64,000 nt of DNA from an uncultured Planctomycetota bacterium (GCA_963737655.1 CAVTTN010000002.1:160001-224000); one strand, 5' to 3'; positions 39,549 to 50,983 are shown, counted from the stretch's first letter. Numbers and translations are program-made. The notes: generated by a model from the sequence alone, not told the origin.

Positions 39549-39794
39549 GATCAGAGCACGAATCGAAGGAATTCCGGGTCCGACGGGCGCCAACGGCCGA
39601 TAAGATCGAAAGGGGATGGTCGGCTTCGAGAGATCGGGCTTGCCAGGGGCGGGGCCTCGGGCTAGGATTCGCCGCCCATCTCGACCACCCCGCCGACTTC
39701 CTCGCCGAGCACCCCGACCCGAGGGGAAGGTCCGTCCCCCAGAGCCGTTCCGAACCCTCCGAGTCCGGGGGTGCGGACCGGGGAGGTCTCCCGA

Positions 39795-40955
39795 ATGGTC
39801 CGTCGCCCCGTTCTGCTCGCCGTGGTCGCCGCTGGGCTCGCCGGCGGATGCGCCACGGGCCGCGTCGGGCCGTTCTCCTCGAAATCCGACGTCGCCGCCG
39901 ATCGGCCCGCCCCGGGGATCGCCGCGGTCGTCGAGAGCCACAATCAGAACGCCGAAAAGGTCACCAGCCTCGAAGCCACCCCCGCCGTGACCGGCAAGAT
40001 GGGGCGGTTCGGCGGGAGCCTTCGCGGCAACCTCGTCTTCGAGAAGCCCCGGAACTTCCGGTTCGTCGCCACGCCGACCATGAGCTCCAAGCCCGAGGCC
40101 GACTTCGGCTCCAACGACGAGGAATTCTGGGTCTGGATGAACGACCGCAACCCGGCCGACCGGGCCGTGTACGTCTGCCGGTACGACGCCGAGACCACCG
40201 GCACCGCCGAGCTGCCGTTCCAGCCCGAATGGGTCGTCGAGGCCCTGGGCTTCCGGCCGATCTCCCCGGCCGAGGAGAGGCAGATCCGCGTGAGGCCCGG
40301 CGATCGTCCGGGGACCGTGGTCTGGGTCCACAACCGGACGACTTCCAGCGGGGAGCCGGTTCAAAAGGCGACCCTGCTCGACGCCCGGACCGGCCAGGTC
40401 CTCCGCCACGAGTTCTACATGCCCGGCGGGAAGACGCCGGTGGCCACGGTCACCCCCGCGCGATTCGCCCAGGTGGAGCGCCGGGATGCCCGAGGCCAGA
40501 CCGTCCTGATCCCCCAGAACATCCACATCCGGTTGACCCCTCCGCAAGACCCCAGCGCGGCCACCGAGTTCGACCTCAAGCTCGAGGACATCCGCGTGAA
40601 TGCCCCGATCACCGAGGCGCACCGCGAAGGGCTCTTCAGCGTCCCCAAGATCGGCAACGATCGGGTCGTCCGCCTCGACGGCAACGCCGGCGGCGAGGTC
40701 AAGGGGACCGAGTATCGCCCGAGTCGCCCCGCGCCTCCGGCCGGGGGCGTGCCGAAGCTGGGCGAGCCCGAGCCCTTCAGCTCGCCCGACGAAAATTACC
40801 TGAAGAAGTCCGACGCCATGCCCCGGACCGAGGACGACCTCCAGAGGCCCGTCGATGGCGGCCTCGGCGCCCTGATCGGTCCGAACATGCCCAGCCCGCC
40901 CGAGCCTCCGGCCCTCCGGGCCGCCCAGGCCGGCCCCTTCCCGGGGTTGAATTGA
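39795..40955 (+). CDS. Lipoprotein with LolA/LolB-like fold
   Basis: LAGGC lipobox; GNLVFEKPRNFRF..DFGSNDEEFWVW..IRVNAPI..LFSVP. Confidence 0.7.
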   Translation: MVRRPVLLAVVAAGLAGGCATGRVGPFSSKSDVAADRPAPGIAAVVESHNQNAEKVTSLEATPAVTGKMGRFGGSLRGNLVFEKPRNFRFVATPTMSSKPEADFGSNDEEFWVWMNDRNPADRAVYVCRYDAETTGTAELPFQPEWVVEALGFRPISPAEERQIRVRPGDRPGTVVWVHNRTTSSGEPVQKATLLDARTGQVLRHEFYMPGGKTPVATVTPARFAQVERRDARGQTVLIPQNIHIRLTPPQDPSAATEFDLKLEDIRVNAPITEAHREGLFSVPKIGNDRVVRLDGNAGGEVKGTEYRPSRPAPPAGGVPKLGEPEPFSSPDENYLKKSDAMPRTEDDLQRPVDGGLGALIGPNMPSPPEPPALRAAQAGPFPGLN

Positions 40956-40989
40956 CCGACGCACCCCGATGATCGCCGGAGAATGGCCT

Positions 40990-41074
40990 GGGTGGCATGC
41001 CTACGTCTTCGTAGGCATGTCTTCTCCCATTCGTATTGCGAAGACATGCCTACGAAGACGTAGGCAGGCCACCC
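40990..41074. repeat. REPIN-like inverted doublet, family A copy 1
   Basis: 35-bp arm GGGTGGCATGCCTACGTCTTCGTAGGCATGTCTTC, 15-bp spacer, then the inverted arm (one mismatch). Confidence 0.9.
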
Positions 41075-41084
41075 CAATGGGAAG

Positions 41085-41666
41085 CTATCCCACGTTCCTC
41101 TGCTCGGCGACCCGCCTCAGCCGCTTTCGGGCCTTGGCCAGGATCGGGCCGATCGAGTTCTCGGGCAGTCCGAGCTGCTTGCCGATCTGGCGATAGTTCA
41201 GATACTTGAGGTGGTAGAGCCGGACCACGTCCGCCTCGCGATCGGGGAGGTCCTTGAGCATCCGCTCGACCTCCTCGGCCGAGGCGATGGGTTCGGCGTC
41301 CTCGCCCTGGTCGTCGCCGACGACGGCCCGGGACACCGTCACGTGGCCGAGCTCGGCCTCCCGGTGCCTCTTGACGATCTCCTTGATGCAGATCCGCCGG
41401 GCCACGACCGTCAGGTAGGTCGGCAACGCGCTCTTGCCCTTGAAATGGCGGAGGACGCGATAATCGTCGTCCACGATCCCGAGGAAGACCTCCGCCGCGA
41501 TGTCCTCCACGTCGTCGGGCCCGAGCAACAGGCTCCGGGCGTGCGAGACGTGATGGATCACGTGATAGATCAACCCCATGTAGCGATCCACGAAGTCATT
41601 CCAGGCGCCCGGCTCGTGACGGAGGCACCGATCGAGCAATTGGCGGTCGATGTCACGCAAGGGCAC
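41085..41666 (-). CDS. ECF sigma factor
   Basis: GAGGAGG RBS and GTG; AWNDFVDRY, VEDIAAEVF, YLTVVARR, SIGPILAKAR. Confidence 0.9.
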   Translation of the reverse strand: MPLRDIDRQLLDRCLRHEPGAWNDFVDRYMGLIYHVIHHVSHARSLLLGPDDVEDIAAEVFLGIVDDDYRVLRHFKGKSALPTYLTVVARRICIKEIVKRHREAELGHVTVSRAVVGDDQGEDAEPIASAEEVERMLKDLPDREADVVRLYHLKYLNYRQIGKQLGLPENSIGPILAKARKRLRRVAEQRNVG

Positions 41667-41862
41667 GGCCGATCCTCCTCGCCAGGGGTCGGGCTCGGGG
41701 GCAAATCCGCGGAAGTCTCGTCCGGCGGGATTCAAATCCACACCGATCTTTCCATTGTACCCCACCGGCCGGATCGGGCAAGAATCCGCCGAAATTTCAT
41801 GGATGCAATCATCTCCGCGGACGGGCGCACGACCCGAGCCGGGCGAGCCCCCCGGGACCGGC

Positions 41863-42177
41863 TTACCGCTCGACGATCCGGACGTGCTGGACGTTCTGAG
41901 CCTGGAGCCAGGTCAACAGCGCCTCCTGCTCCTCGGAAAGCTCCACCTCGGTCATGTTCGCCGTGTCGAGGGGCGAGACCAGGTCGATGACCCCGTCTTC
42001 CAGGAGCTGGGCCACGTCCTCGGCGGCGAACCAGTATTCATCCTCGCCCAGCGCGGGGACGCCGGCCGACCCTCCGGGGCGGACAAAATAGGCGACCTGG
42101 GAGCGGAGCCTCGGCGAGATCGCCCAGGGAGCGACCTCGGGACGTCCCACGGCCTGGATTTCGATCCTGGACATCAT
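41863..42177 (-). CDS. Hypothetical protein
   Basis: 104-aa ORF with typical codon bias, co-oriented with its neighbours. Confidence 0.7.
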   Translation of the reverse strand: MMSRIEIQAVGRPEVAPWAISPRLRSQVAYFVRPGGSAGVPALGEDEYWFAAEDVAQLLEDGVIDLVSPLDTANMTEVELSEEQEALLTWLQAQNVQHVRIVER

Positions 42178-42190
42178 CGGGCCTCGCTGG

Positions 42191-43297
42191 TCACTTCGCC
42201 CCGGTCCCCGAGTCGATCACCACGGCCCGGAGGCCGCCGGACGACTCTTCCCACGCCGCCACGACCGGCCCTCGGCCCATCGGGCCCGATCCCACGACCG
42301 GGTCGTTCGCCTTCTCCGACAGGGGAGACACCAGCGGCAGCGTCCCCGAGAGGGCCCGAAGCCGTCCCGGGCGGCTTTCCAGCCACACCACCACCGGCCC
42401 GTTCGGGCCCGGGGCCGCCCAGGGTTGGACGCCGGCCCCGAGACGTCGCTCCGCCGCCCCGGGATAGTCCGAATAGACCTCCGAGGCGCGGGTCCAGACC
42501 GCGTCGATTCGCCCCTTCGGGCCCGCCGCGATCGCCCCGCCGTCCATCGGGCACTTGTTCAAGACCCAGGTCTTCTCGCCGAGCTTCTCCGCCTCGGTGA
42601 AGGTCTTCCCGCCGTCGGTCGAGCGGGCGAGGTACATGTCTCGCGAACCCTTCACATCATTGCGGAACATCACGTAGAGGGTGCCGTCCGGGGCGAACGC
42701 GGCCGAGGGATGGCAGCAGGTGCAGATGCTTTTCTCCGGGGCCCGGTACACCAGGAGGTCACGCTCCCAGGTCTTCCCCTGGTCGAGGGACCGGGCCCCG
42801 AACAGCTCCATGCGATCGTTTCGGAGGTCCAGCCAGGCGCAGAAGAGCGAGCCATCGGGGGCCGAGGCGAGGGCGTGGAGACCCTCTCGGGCCGAGCCGG
42901 GCACCGAATTCAGCTTCACCGGCCCCGACCACGTCCGGCCCTCGTCGGCCGACCTCCAGGCCAGGACGTCGCCGTCCTTCCCCTTGCCGAGCTCGCCGCC
43001 CACGGCCGTGACGACCACCGCCCCGTCGGTCGCCGCGACCCGAGGGCCTCGCCGCATCCCCAGGGACAACGCCGGCATGCGCCCGACCTCGACGGCGGCT
43101 CCAAACGACTGGCCTCCGTCGGTCGAAACGGCCATTTCCACGGTGTTTCCCACCCCGAACGCCACGAACACCCGGCCGCGCTCGTCCACGGCCACCTGCG
43201 GTTGCTTCGCCTGGGTCTCGGCCGAGACCACGACCGGCTTCAAGGGCCCTACCCCGAGCGACAGGGCGGCGATCAGGGCCACGCAGGCGGACGTCAT
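42191..43297 (-). CDS. Secreted BNR/Asp-box (sialidase-like) beta-propeller
   Basis: Four Asp boxes (STDGGQSF, SADEGRTW, SLDQGKTW, STDGGKTF), ICTCCHP and CPMDGG. Confidence 0.88.
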   Translation of the reverse strand: MTSACVALIAALSLGVGPLKPVVVSAETQAKQPQVAVDERGRVFVAFGVGNTVEMAVSTDGGQSFGAAVEVGRMPALSLGMRRGPRVAATDGAVVVTAVGGELGKGKDGDVLAWRSADEGRTWSGPVKLNSVPGSAREGLHALASAPDGSLFCAWLDLRNDRMELFGARSLDQGKTWERDLLVYRAPEKSICTCCHPSAAFAPDGTLYVMFRNDVKGSRDMYLARSTDGGKTFTEAEKLGEKTWVLNKCPMDGGAIAAGPKGRIDAVWTRASEVYSDYPGAAERRLGAGVQPWAAPGPNGPVVVWLESRPGRLRALSGTLPLVSPLSEKANDPVVGSGPMGRGPVVAAWEESSGGLRAVVIDSGTGAK

Positions 43298-43481
43298 GAC
43301 TCGGGCTCCGTGTCCATCCCCAGGGAATCTCGATCTCCGGCCGAGTGTACGACGAGGGGCCCGGCCGGAGCAAGGTCCGCGCCCGATCGCGCGAGCTTGA
43401 CGACCCCGAGGCCCGGCGGTTAGCCTGAACGGACACTCCTCCACGAATCCCGCCGCGAGACGAGCCTCCGGGGAACCCGCC

Positions 43482-45955
43482 GTGAAAACCCCGCCCCTCG
43501 CGCTGCTGATCGCCGTGGCGTTCCTGGGTCCGGCCCGGGGCGACGAGCCGGCGCTCCGCCTCGCGATCCAGCCTCCGGAAATCCGCCTGGGCGAGCGTCA
43601 ACAGGTGGTCGTGACCGGCCTCCTGGCCGATGGTTCGATCCGGGACTGGACCGATTCGGCCCGATTCTCGGTCGATCGGCCCGACGTGGCGGACGTTTCC
43701 CCGTCCGGCGTGGTCACCCCTCGTTCTCGGGGCGAGGCCCGTCTCCGGGTCGAGGCCGGAGGGTCGTCGGCCTCGGTGCCGATCCGGTTCGATGCGAACC
43801 CGGAGGCCCGGACCCCCAGCTTCCGGCTCGACGTCGCCCAGGTCTTCTCCAAGAGCGGCTGCAACATGGGGGCCTGCCACGGCAACCTCAACGGCAAGGG
43901 GGGGTTCCGGCTGAGCCTCCGGGGCGAAGACCCCGGGTTCGACCTGATCCAACTGACCCGCGAGTCCCTGGGCCGAAGAGTCGATCCCAATCGGCCCGAC
44001 GCCAGCCTCGCGCTCCGCAAGCCGCTCGGCCAGTTGCCCCACGAGGGCGGCCAGAGGCTCCTCCCCGACTCCCCCGAGGCCCGGACCCTCCTGGGATGGA
44101 TCGCCTCGGGCGCGACCGACGACGTCGCGACCGCGCCGAAACTGGTGAAACTCTCGGTCTTTCCGACCGAGCGTTACCTGGCTCCGAAGCCCAGTTCCGA
44201 TCCCTCGTCACGGGGAAGCGCCAGCAGCTCGCGGTCACGGCCGAGTTCTCCGACGGCTCGCGACGCGACGTGACCCGCCAGGCCGCTTACGACGTGAACG
44301 ACCCGGGTCGGGCCGAGGTCTCGGCCGACGGCCGGGTGATCTCGACCGGGCCGGGGGAAGTCGTCGTGGCGGTCCGGTATCTCGGCGGAAGAGGCGTGAG
44401 CCGCCTGGCGTTCCTCCCCGACCGGCCGGGCTTCTCCTGGGACGAATCGCCCGGTGAGAACCCGATCGACCTGGCGGTTTTCCCTCGCCTGAAGGCTCTG
44501 AAAATCCGGCCGTCCGACCCGGCCGGCGATTCGGCGTTCCTCCGTCGCGCCTATCTCGACGCCCTGGGCACCCTGCCTTCGCCCGACGAGGCCCGTCGCT
44601 TCCTCGCCGATCGCGACCCCCAGAAACGAGCGAAGCTCGTCGATCGCCTGCTCGATCGACCCGAGTTCGCCGACTTCTGGGCGCTGAAGTGGGCCGACCT
44701 CCTCCGCAACGAGGAGAAGACGATGGGCGCGAAGGGCGTCTGGTCGTTCCAGAGGTGGCTCCGGGACCGGATCGCGGCCGACGAGCCGATGGACCAGTTC
44801 GCCCGGCAGATCGTCGGCTCGCTCGGATCGACCTGGCAGAACCCCCCGGCGAGCTTCCATCGGACCAATCGCGACCCGCAGACCGCGGCCGAGACCGTCG
44901 CCCAGGTCTTCCTCGGCGTCCGCCTCCAGTGCGCCCGCTGCCACAATCACCCGTTCGACGTCTGGACCCAGGACGACTATTACGGCCTCGCCGCGTATTT
45001 CTCCAACGTCAAACGAAGGGAGATCGGCAACGTCCGGTCCGACGACCTGGACTCCCACGAGATCAACGGCGACGAGCTCGTCTATCTCGAAGGCAAGCCC
45101 GGGACGGTCCACCCCCGGACCGGCCTCCCGCTCTCGCCGAAGCCCCCCGGAGGGCCGGCGCCGGCCCTCTCGCCCGACGATCCCGACGCGCTGGACGACC
45201 TCGCCGGCTGGCTGACCCGGGACAACCCCCAGTTCGCCCGGAACCTGGCCAACCGCGTGTGGTTCCACCTGATGGGCCGGGGGGTGGTCGAGCCGGTGGA
45301 CGACTTTCGCGACTCCAACCCCCCGTCCAATCCCGCCTTGCTGGAGACGCTGACCGAGGAGTTCGTCCGCGGCGGCTATCGCCTCAAGCCGCTGGTGGGA
45401 TTGATCTTGAAGTCGAAGACGTATGCCTTCGGTTCGCGGCCCAACGCCACCAACGCCGACGACGAGGCGAATTTCGCCAGGGCGGCCGTCCGACTCCTCC
45501 CGGCCGAGGCCCTCCTCGATGCCATCGGCCAGGCCCTGGACCGCCCCGAGCGGTTCCCCGGCGCCCCGAAGGCGATGAAGGCCGCGCAGCTCCCCGGCGC
45601 GAAGATGGGGGGCGAGTTCCTCAAGGCGTTCGGCAAGCCCGATCGCCTCTTGACGTGCGAATGCGAGCGGTCCGACGCCACCACGCTCGCCCAGGCGTTC
45701 CAGTTGATCAACGGCGAGGCCGTCCGCCTGCGATTGAAGGCCCACAACAACCGGATCGGCCGATTGATGGACGCCGGCAGGCCCGATCCCCAGATCCTCT
45801 CCGAGCTGTATCTGGCCGCCCTGAGCCGAGAGCCGACCGAGGAGGAACGCCGGGTGCATCTCTCGCACGTCGCCCGCTCCGAGGAGAAGCGGAAGGCGTG
45901 GGAGGACGTGGCCTGGGCGATCCTCAACAGCAAGGAATTCCTCCTGCGTCATTGA
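43482..45955 (+). CDS. DUF1549/DUF1553 planctomycete protein (frameshift near 44212-44215)
   Basis: GCNMGACHG..GKGGFRLSL, FLRRAYLD, QCARCHNHPF, ARNLANRVW, NPPSNP, NSKEFLLRH. Confidence 0.9.
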
Positions 45956-45995
45956 TCGACCCGAGCCCCTCCCGCCAATCCCCGAGAAACGCCCC

Positions 45996-46526
45996 ATGAT
46001 CGCCGAAATCGCCCTGCTCCTGACCCTCCTCACGCCCGCCCAGGCGGCGCCGTCGGGGGAGGCCGCGAAGATCAAGACGGCTCACGAGCAGGCCCAGGCC
46101 TGCGCCAACGCGACGGTCAAGGGGGACTTCGCCAAATTGGCCGACCTGACCCATCCCAGCGTCCTGAAGGCCATCGGCGGCCGAGAGGCGATGATCGAGA
46201 AGACCTCCGCCGCGATGGATCAAATGAAGCAGCAGGGGATGAGCTTCGACCCCCCGAAAGTGGACGCTCCCAAGACCCTGACTCGCTCGGGCTCCACCCT
46301 CTTCTGCGTCGCCCCGACGGCCATCACCATCAAGGCGCCGACGGCCAGGATCAAGATGAAGTCCTTCCTCCTCGGCGTCTCGACCGACGACGGCAAGACC
46401 TGGAAGTTCCTCGACGGCAACCCCGGCGAGGAGAACCTCCGCAAGATCCTGCCCGAGATCCCCAAGGACATGAAGCTCCCGGAGAAGACCAAGCCGGAGA
46501 TCGAGCGGGCCAAGGACGAGAAATAA
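45996..46526 (+). CDS. Secreted hypothetical protein
   Basis: Signal peptide (AQA), LLGVSTDDGKTWKFLD. Confidence 0.75.
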   Translation: MIAEIALLLTLLTPAQAAPSGEAAKIKTAHEQAQACANATVKGDFAKLADLTHPSVLKAIGGREAMIEKTSAAMDQMKQQGMSFDPPKVDAPKTLTRSGSTLFCVAPTAITIKAPTARIKMKSFLLGVSTDDGKTWKFLDGNPGEENLRKILPEIPKDMKLPEKTKPEIERAKDEK

Positions 46527-46556
46527 GCCAGGCCCCCGGAATCGAGGAACCCGCCC

Positions 46557-47947
46557 ATGGATCACGCTTGCCCCGACTATCGCGACGCCTTCCGGCTCTC
46601 TCGCCGAGGGCTGATCCGCGCGGCGCCGCCGGGTTCGCCGGGCTGAGCCTGCCGACCCTCCTCCGGGCGGCCGACTCCTCCCCGGGCATCCGCCCCCGGG
46701 CCAAGCACGTGATCTTCCTCCACCAGTTCGGCGGGCCGTCGCACATCGACACGTTCGACATGAAGCCGTCCGCCCCGGACAAGATCCGGGGCGAGTTCCG
46801 CCCGATCGCCTCGGACCTCCCCGGCGTCCCCATCACCGAGCATCTCCCCCGATTCTCCCGGGTCCTGGGCCGGTTCGCCCAGATCCGCGCCGTGAACCAC
46901 CGGATGCGGAACCACTCGCCGGCCGCTTATTATAGCTTGACCGGGCACGTCCCGCCGCTCGACGACATCCGCCTGAGGGACACCCTGGAGCTTTATCCGA
47001 CTTACGGGAGCACCGTCAGCAAGCTCAAGCCGAACGACGACCCGGCGGTCCCCACGTTCGTGGCCTTCCCGCACGTCCTCCGGGACGGGGCGTTGACCCC
47101 CGGCCAGACGGCCAGCTTCCTGGGCAAGTCGTTCGACCCGTTCTTCATCGGCCAGGACCCCAATTCCTCGGGGTTCCGCCTGCCCGAATTGACGCTCCCG
47201 TCCGACACCAGCCTGGCTCGCCTGGACGACCGACGGACCCTCCTGAACGCCATCGACCGCCAGGCCGACCTGATGGAGACCTCGGCCACGGCCCGGGGCA
47301 TCGATGCCTTTTATGATCGCGCCCTGACCATGCTCGCCTCCCCGGCCGTGAAGCGGGCGTTCGACCTTTCCTCCGAAGACCCGAAGCTCCGCGACGCTTA
47401 CGGCCGAACAACTTACGGCCAGTCTTGCCTGATGGCGAGGCGGTTGGTGGAGGCGGGGGTCCGGTTCGTCACGGTGTATTATTCGGCCTCGATCGGCGGA
47501 CAGGCCGGCGGCGGCTGGGACACCCACGGCGAGAACTTCCAGCAGCTCAAGAATCGCCTCCTGCCGATCACCGACATGGCCGTGCCGACGCTGATCGAGG
47601 ACCTCTCCTCGCGGGGGCTCCTGGACGAGACCCTGATCGTCTGGATGGGGGAATTCGGCCGGACGCCTCGGGTGACGGACACGAAGCAATTCGGCCCCAA
47701 CGGACGGGACCACTGGCCCAACTGCTACACCGCCCTGATGGCCGGCGGAGGGGTCCGACCCGGGGCGATTTACGGGTCGAGCGATCGGATCGGGGCCTAT
47801 CCGGCGACCGACCCGGTCTCCCCCGACGACATCGCCGCCACCATGTTCTGGGCGCTCGGGATCGACCCCTCGGCCGAGTTCCACGACGCCCTGAACCGCC
47901 CCCTGCCGATCGCGGCGGGCAAGCCGTTGACGGCCATTTTTGGTTGA
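46557..47947 (+). CDS. DUF1501 family protein (frameshift near 46622)
   Basis: True start MDHACPDYRDAFRLSRRGLIR is in a different frame from [38 protein letters not shown]. Confidence 0.9.
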
Positions 47948-47970
47948 TCAATCGTTCGTATTGCCTTGTC

Positions 47971-48055
47971 GGGTGGCATGCTTACGTCTTCGTAAGCATG
48001 TCTTCGGTTCGAGACTGACCGAAGACATGCTTACGAAGACGTAAGCATGCCACCC
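47971..48055. repeat. REPIN-like inverted doublet, family A copy 2
   Basis: 35-bp arm GGGTGGCATGCTTACGTCTTCGTAAGCATGTCTTC, 15-bp spacer, then a perfect inverted arm. Confidence 0.9.
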
Positions 48056-48354
48056 AGCCGTTCCCCGAATTCGGATTCCTGGTACTGCCTCTTCCGTCGT
48101 TCCCGGGTCGGCCCGATCGCGAAATCCCCTCGCCGCCGGGGCTGGAACGGGTATGATGAAGGGGGGTTGACGCCGATCCTGGAGAGAGGACCGTTCCGTG
48201 GGTCTCTCGAACGGGGCGGTTGGCATGTTCGACCGCCGGGCCTCCCGGCCGGATCGCTTCGCCCGAGGGCGGGTTTCTGGAGAGGGCGGACCGGAGTTCC
48301 GGCTCGTCGCGGACGAGCCGCCGGGGACCGGGTTCCGCCCGGGGAGATGAGCGG

Positions 48355-49728
48355 TTGGTGGGTCGGATCGAGGGACTCTCGCGATCGCTCGTGATCGTCG
48401 GCGCCGGGACCGCCGGGCTCGCCGCCGCCGAGGAAGCGGCCCGGTGCGGGCTCGCCGCCTCGGTCCTGGATGATCGCCTTTCCTCGGGGCCGCCCGAGGC
48501 GGGCCAGGACGGATTCCGGGTCTTCGCCGGGGTTTCCGCCATCGCGCTGTCGCCCGATCGCGAGCTGCTCTGGGGGGGATCGGACCAATCCGGAGTAATC
48601 CGGCCGGATCGGCTGATCCTGGCCACGGGCGGCCGGCCGCGAACCGTGCCGTTCCCGGGCTGGACGCTCCGCGGCGTCCTCTGGCCGGACGAGTTCGGCG
48701 CCCGTTCGAGCGGCTTCGACGACCTTCGCGCGATCGTCGCCGGGACCGGACCGGCCCTCCTGGCGATCGCCGCCGAGCTCCGTGACGCCGGGGCCCGGGT
48801 CGTCGCGGTCCTGGAGGCCGGCTCGCCCCCGCCGACCGACCCGGATTCGCCCGAGGTCGCGGAAGTCCCGGCCTGGCTCGCCGCGGCCGAGCTCCGCGAA
48901 GACCTCGCGACCTCGGGAATCCCCGTCCTCCACGATCACGCCCTGTTTCGGGCCATCGGGATCGAGCGGGTCGAGGAGGTCGAATTCGGGCCGGTCGATC
49001 CCGAGGACTGGTCGCCGATCCGGGACCGGGCGCAGACCTCGGCCGTCGATCTCGTGGTGCTCGACTTCGGCGAGCTGCCCCAGGACGAGCTCGCGACCCT
49101 CGCCCGATGCTCGCAACGGTTCGATCTCCCGCTCCAGGCCTGGGTTCCGACGCGGGACCGCGTGCTCCGGACCACGATCCCGGGGATTTTCGCCGTGGGG
49201 ATCGGGGCGGGGGTGGCGTCCTCCCTGGTGGCCGAGGAAGAAGGCCGGATCGCGGGGATCACCGCCGCCGAGGAGGCGGGCTTGCTGTCGAGGACGGCCG
49301 CCGAGTCGAGGCGGGCCGAGGTCTTCGCCCGGCTCGACCGCCTGGTCGAGGCCCGCCGGGCGATCGAGGGCCCCTCCCGAATCCGGCCGGGGCTGTGGTC
49401 GCTGGCCGACTCTACGACGGTCCTCTGTCCGTGCGAGGGGGTCACGCTCGGCGCGGTGGAAGCGGCCCTGGCGAGCGGCCCGGCGGACCTTTCGACGGTC
49501 AAGCTGGCGACCCGTCTCGGGATGGGCCCGTGCCAGGCCCGAAGGTGCGGCGCGTCGTCGGCCGCGATCGTCTGCGAGAAGAGCGGCCGGACCCCGGCGG
49601 AAGTGGGCCGGATCAACGCACGCCCGCCGGCCCGGCCCGTCACGCTCGGGGCCCTGGCCCGGATGGACGTGCCGGCCGGGTCCACGCCCATCGACGCCCA
49701 GGACGCCATCGGCGGGAGGGACTTGTGA
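48355..49728 (+). CDS. hcnB: HcnB-like FAD oxidoreductase with C-terminal BFD-like [2Fe-2S] domain
   Basis: VIVGAGTAGLAAA, LATGG..VPFPGWTL.GV, AGTGP, VLCPCEGVT..KLATRLGMGPCQARRC, RPPARPV; GTGA overlap with hcnC. Confidence 0.7.
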   Translation: MVGRIEGLSRSLVIVGAGTAGLAAAEEAARCGLAASVLDDRLSSGPPEAGQDGFRVFAGVSAIALSPDRELLWGGSDQSGVIRPDRLILATGGRPRTVPFPGWTLRGVLWPDEFGARSSGFDDLRAIVAGTGPALLAIAAELRDAGARVVAVLEAGSPPPTDPDSPEVAEVPAWLAAAELREDLATSGIPVLHDHALFRAIGIERVEEVEFGPVDPEDWSPIRDRAQTSAVDLVVLDFGELPQDELATLARCSQRFDLPLQAWVPTRDRVLRTTIPGIFAVGIGAGVASSLVAEEEGRIAGITAAEEAGLLSRTAAESRRAEVFARLDRLVEARRAIEGPSRIRPGLWSLADSTTVLCPCEGVTLGAVEAALASGPADLSTVKLATRLGMGPCQARRCGASSAAIVCEKSGRTPAEVGRINARPPARPVTLGALARMDVPAGSTPIDAQDAIGGRDL

Positions 49729-50983
49729 CGCGGTCGTCCGAGGTGGTCGTCATCGGCGGAGGGGTCATCGGCGCGTCGGTCGCGTACTTCGCGGCGAGGC
49801 GAGGTCTCGACGTGATCCTGATCGACCGCCCGAAGCGGGGCCGGGCCACCTCGGCCTCGGCCGGGGGCTCTGGCCGATCGGCGAATCCGTCGGGCTCGGG
49901 TGCGGAGTGATCTATTACAAGGCGATGGCCGCCGAGAGGAAGGGCGAAGGCCGAGGCCCGTCGGCCCTGCCCGCCGCCTTCCTCGACTTCGCCCTCCGCT
50001 CCAACGCCATGTTCCCGACCCTGGCCGGCGAGCTCCGCGACGCCTCGGGGATCGACATCGAATGGGACCGCACGTCCCTCCTGTTCATCCTGTTCGACGA
50101 GGGGGACGTCGCCTTCGGCCGGAACGTCCAGGAACGGTTCCCCGGAGGGGGACGGTCGGTCACCTGGCTCGGCGCCGACGACCTGGCGAAGGCCGAGCCG
50201 GCGGTCAGCCGATCGGCCCTCGGTGCCCTGCGGTTCCTGGGGGACGATCAGGTCAATCCCTACAAACTCGCCGATGCGTTCCGGGCGGCGGCCCGGGCCA
50301 AGGGGGCGCGGGTCGTCTCACCGGCCGAGGTCACGGGCCTGAGGATCGAGGGCGGGGCCGTCCGGGGCGTCGAGCTGGCCGACGAGGCCATTTCGTGCCG
50401 GCTGGTGATCAACGCCGCCGGGGCCTGGGCCTCGGAGGTCGGCCGGATGGCCGGCGTGGAGATCCCCGTGAAGCCGATCCGGGGGCAGATCCTCGGCACC
50501 GAGGCCCTGCCTCCCTCGCTGTCCGCCTGCCTGTCCACGGCCGATTGCTACCTCGCCCAGAAGAGGCACGGCGAGATCGTGATCGGCAGCACGACCGAAG
50601 ACGTGGGCTTCGATCACGGCGTGACGCCGTCCGCCCTGAAGAACCTCGCCGCCGGGGCGATCCGGGCGGTCCCTTCGCTCGAAACCGTCAGCCTGAAACG
50701 GACGTGGTCGGGCTTCCGGCCGGGGACCCCCGACGAGCTGCCGATCCTCGGCCCGGTCGAGGGCCTGCCGGGCTATCTGAACGCGTGCGGCCATTTCCGA
50801 ACCGGCATTCTGAACGCTCCGCTGACCGGCCTGTTGCTCGCGGAGATCGCCTCCGGGGATCGGCCGTCGGTGAATCTGGAGCCGTTCGCCCTGTCCCGGT
50901 TCGGTCTGCGGGAAACCTGCCTGGCGACCGCGGAAGTCCCCGGGCTCCCGGCCTCGGCCGGGCTTCATCCGACCCCTCGGTGA
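49725..50983 (+). CDS. hcnC: Hydrogen cyanide synthase subunit HcnC-like glycine dehydrogenase (frameshift near 49863-49867)
   Basis: GGGVIG, ATSASAGGLWPIGESVGLGCGVI, STADCYLAQK.GEIVIGSTTED.GFD, LKRTW.G.RPG.PDELPILG, YLNACGHFRTGIL. These match Pseudomonas HcnC as I recall it. Confidence 0.8.

Noticed and set aside
37892..40972. Very long Arg/Pro/Gly-rich ORFs (e.g. 37892-40972, 14823-17306, 5950-8352, 27968-30283)
   Set aside because: They are shadow or alternate frames of real genes, as expected in high-GC DNA.
40990..48055. CRISPR array
   Set aside because: The repeats are inverted and dispersed, with 15-nt loops; there is no tandem repeat-spacer series and no cas gene.
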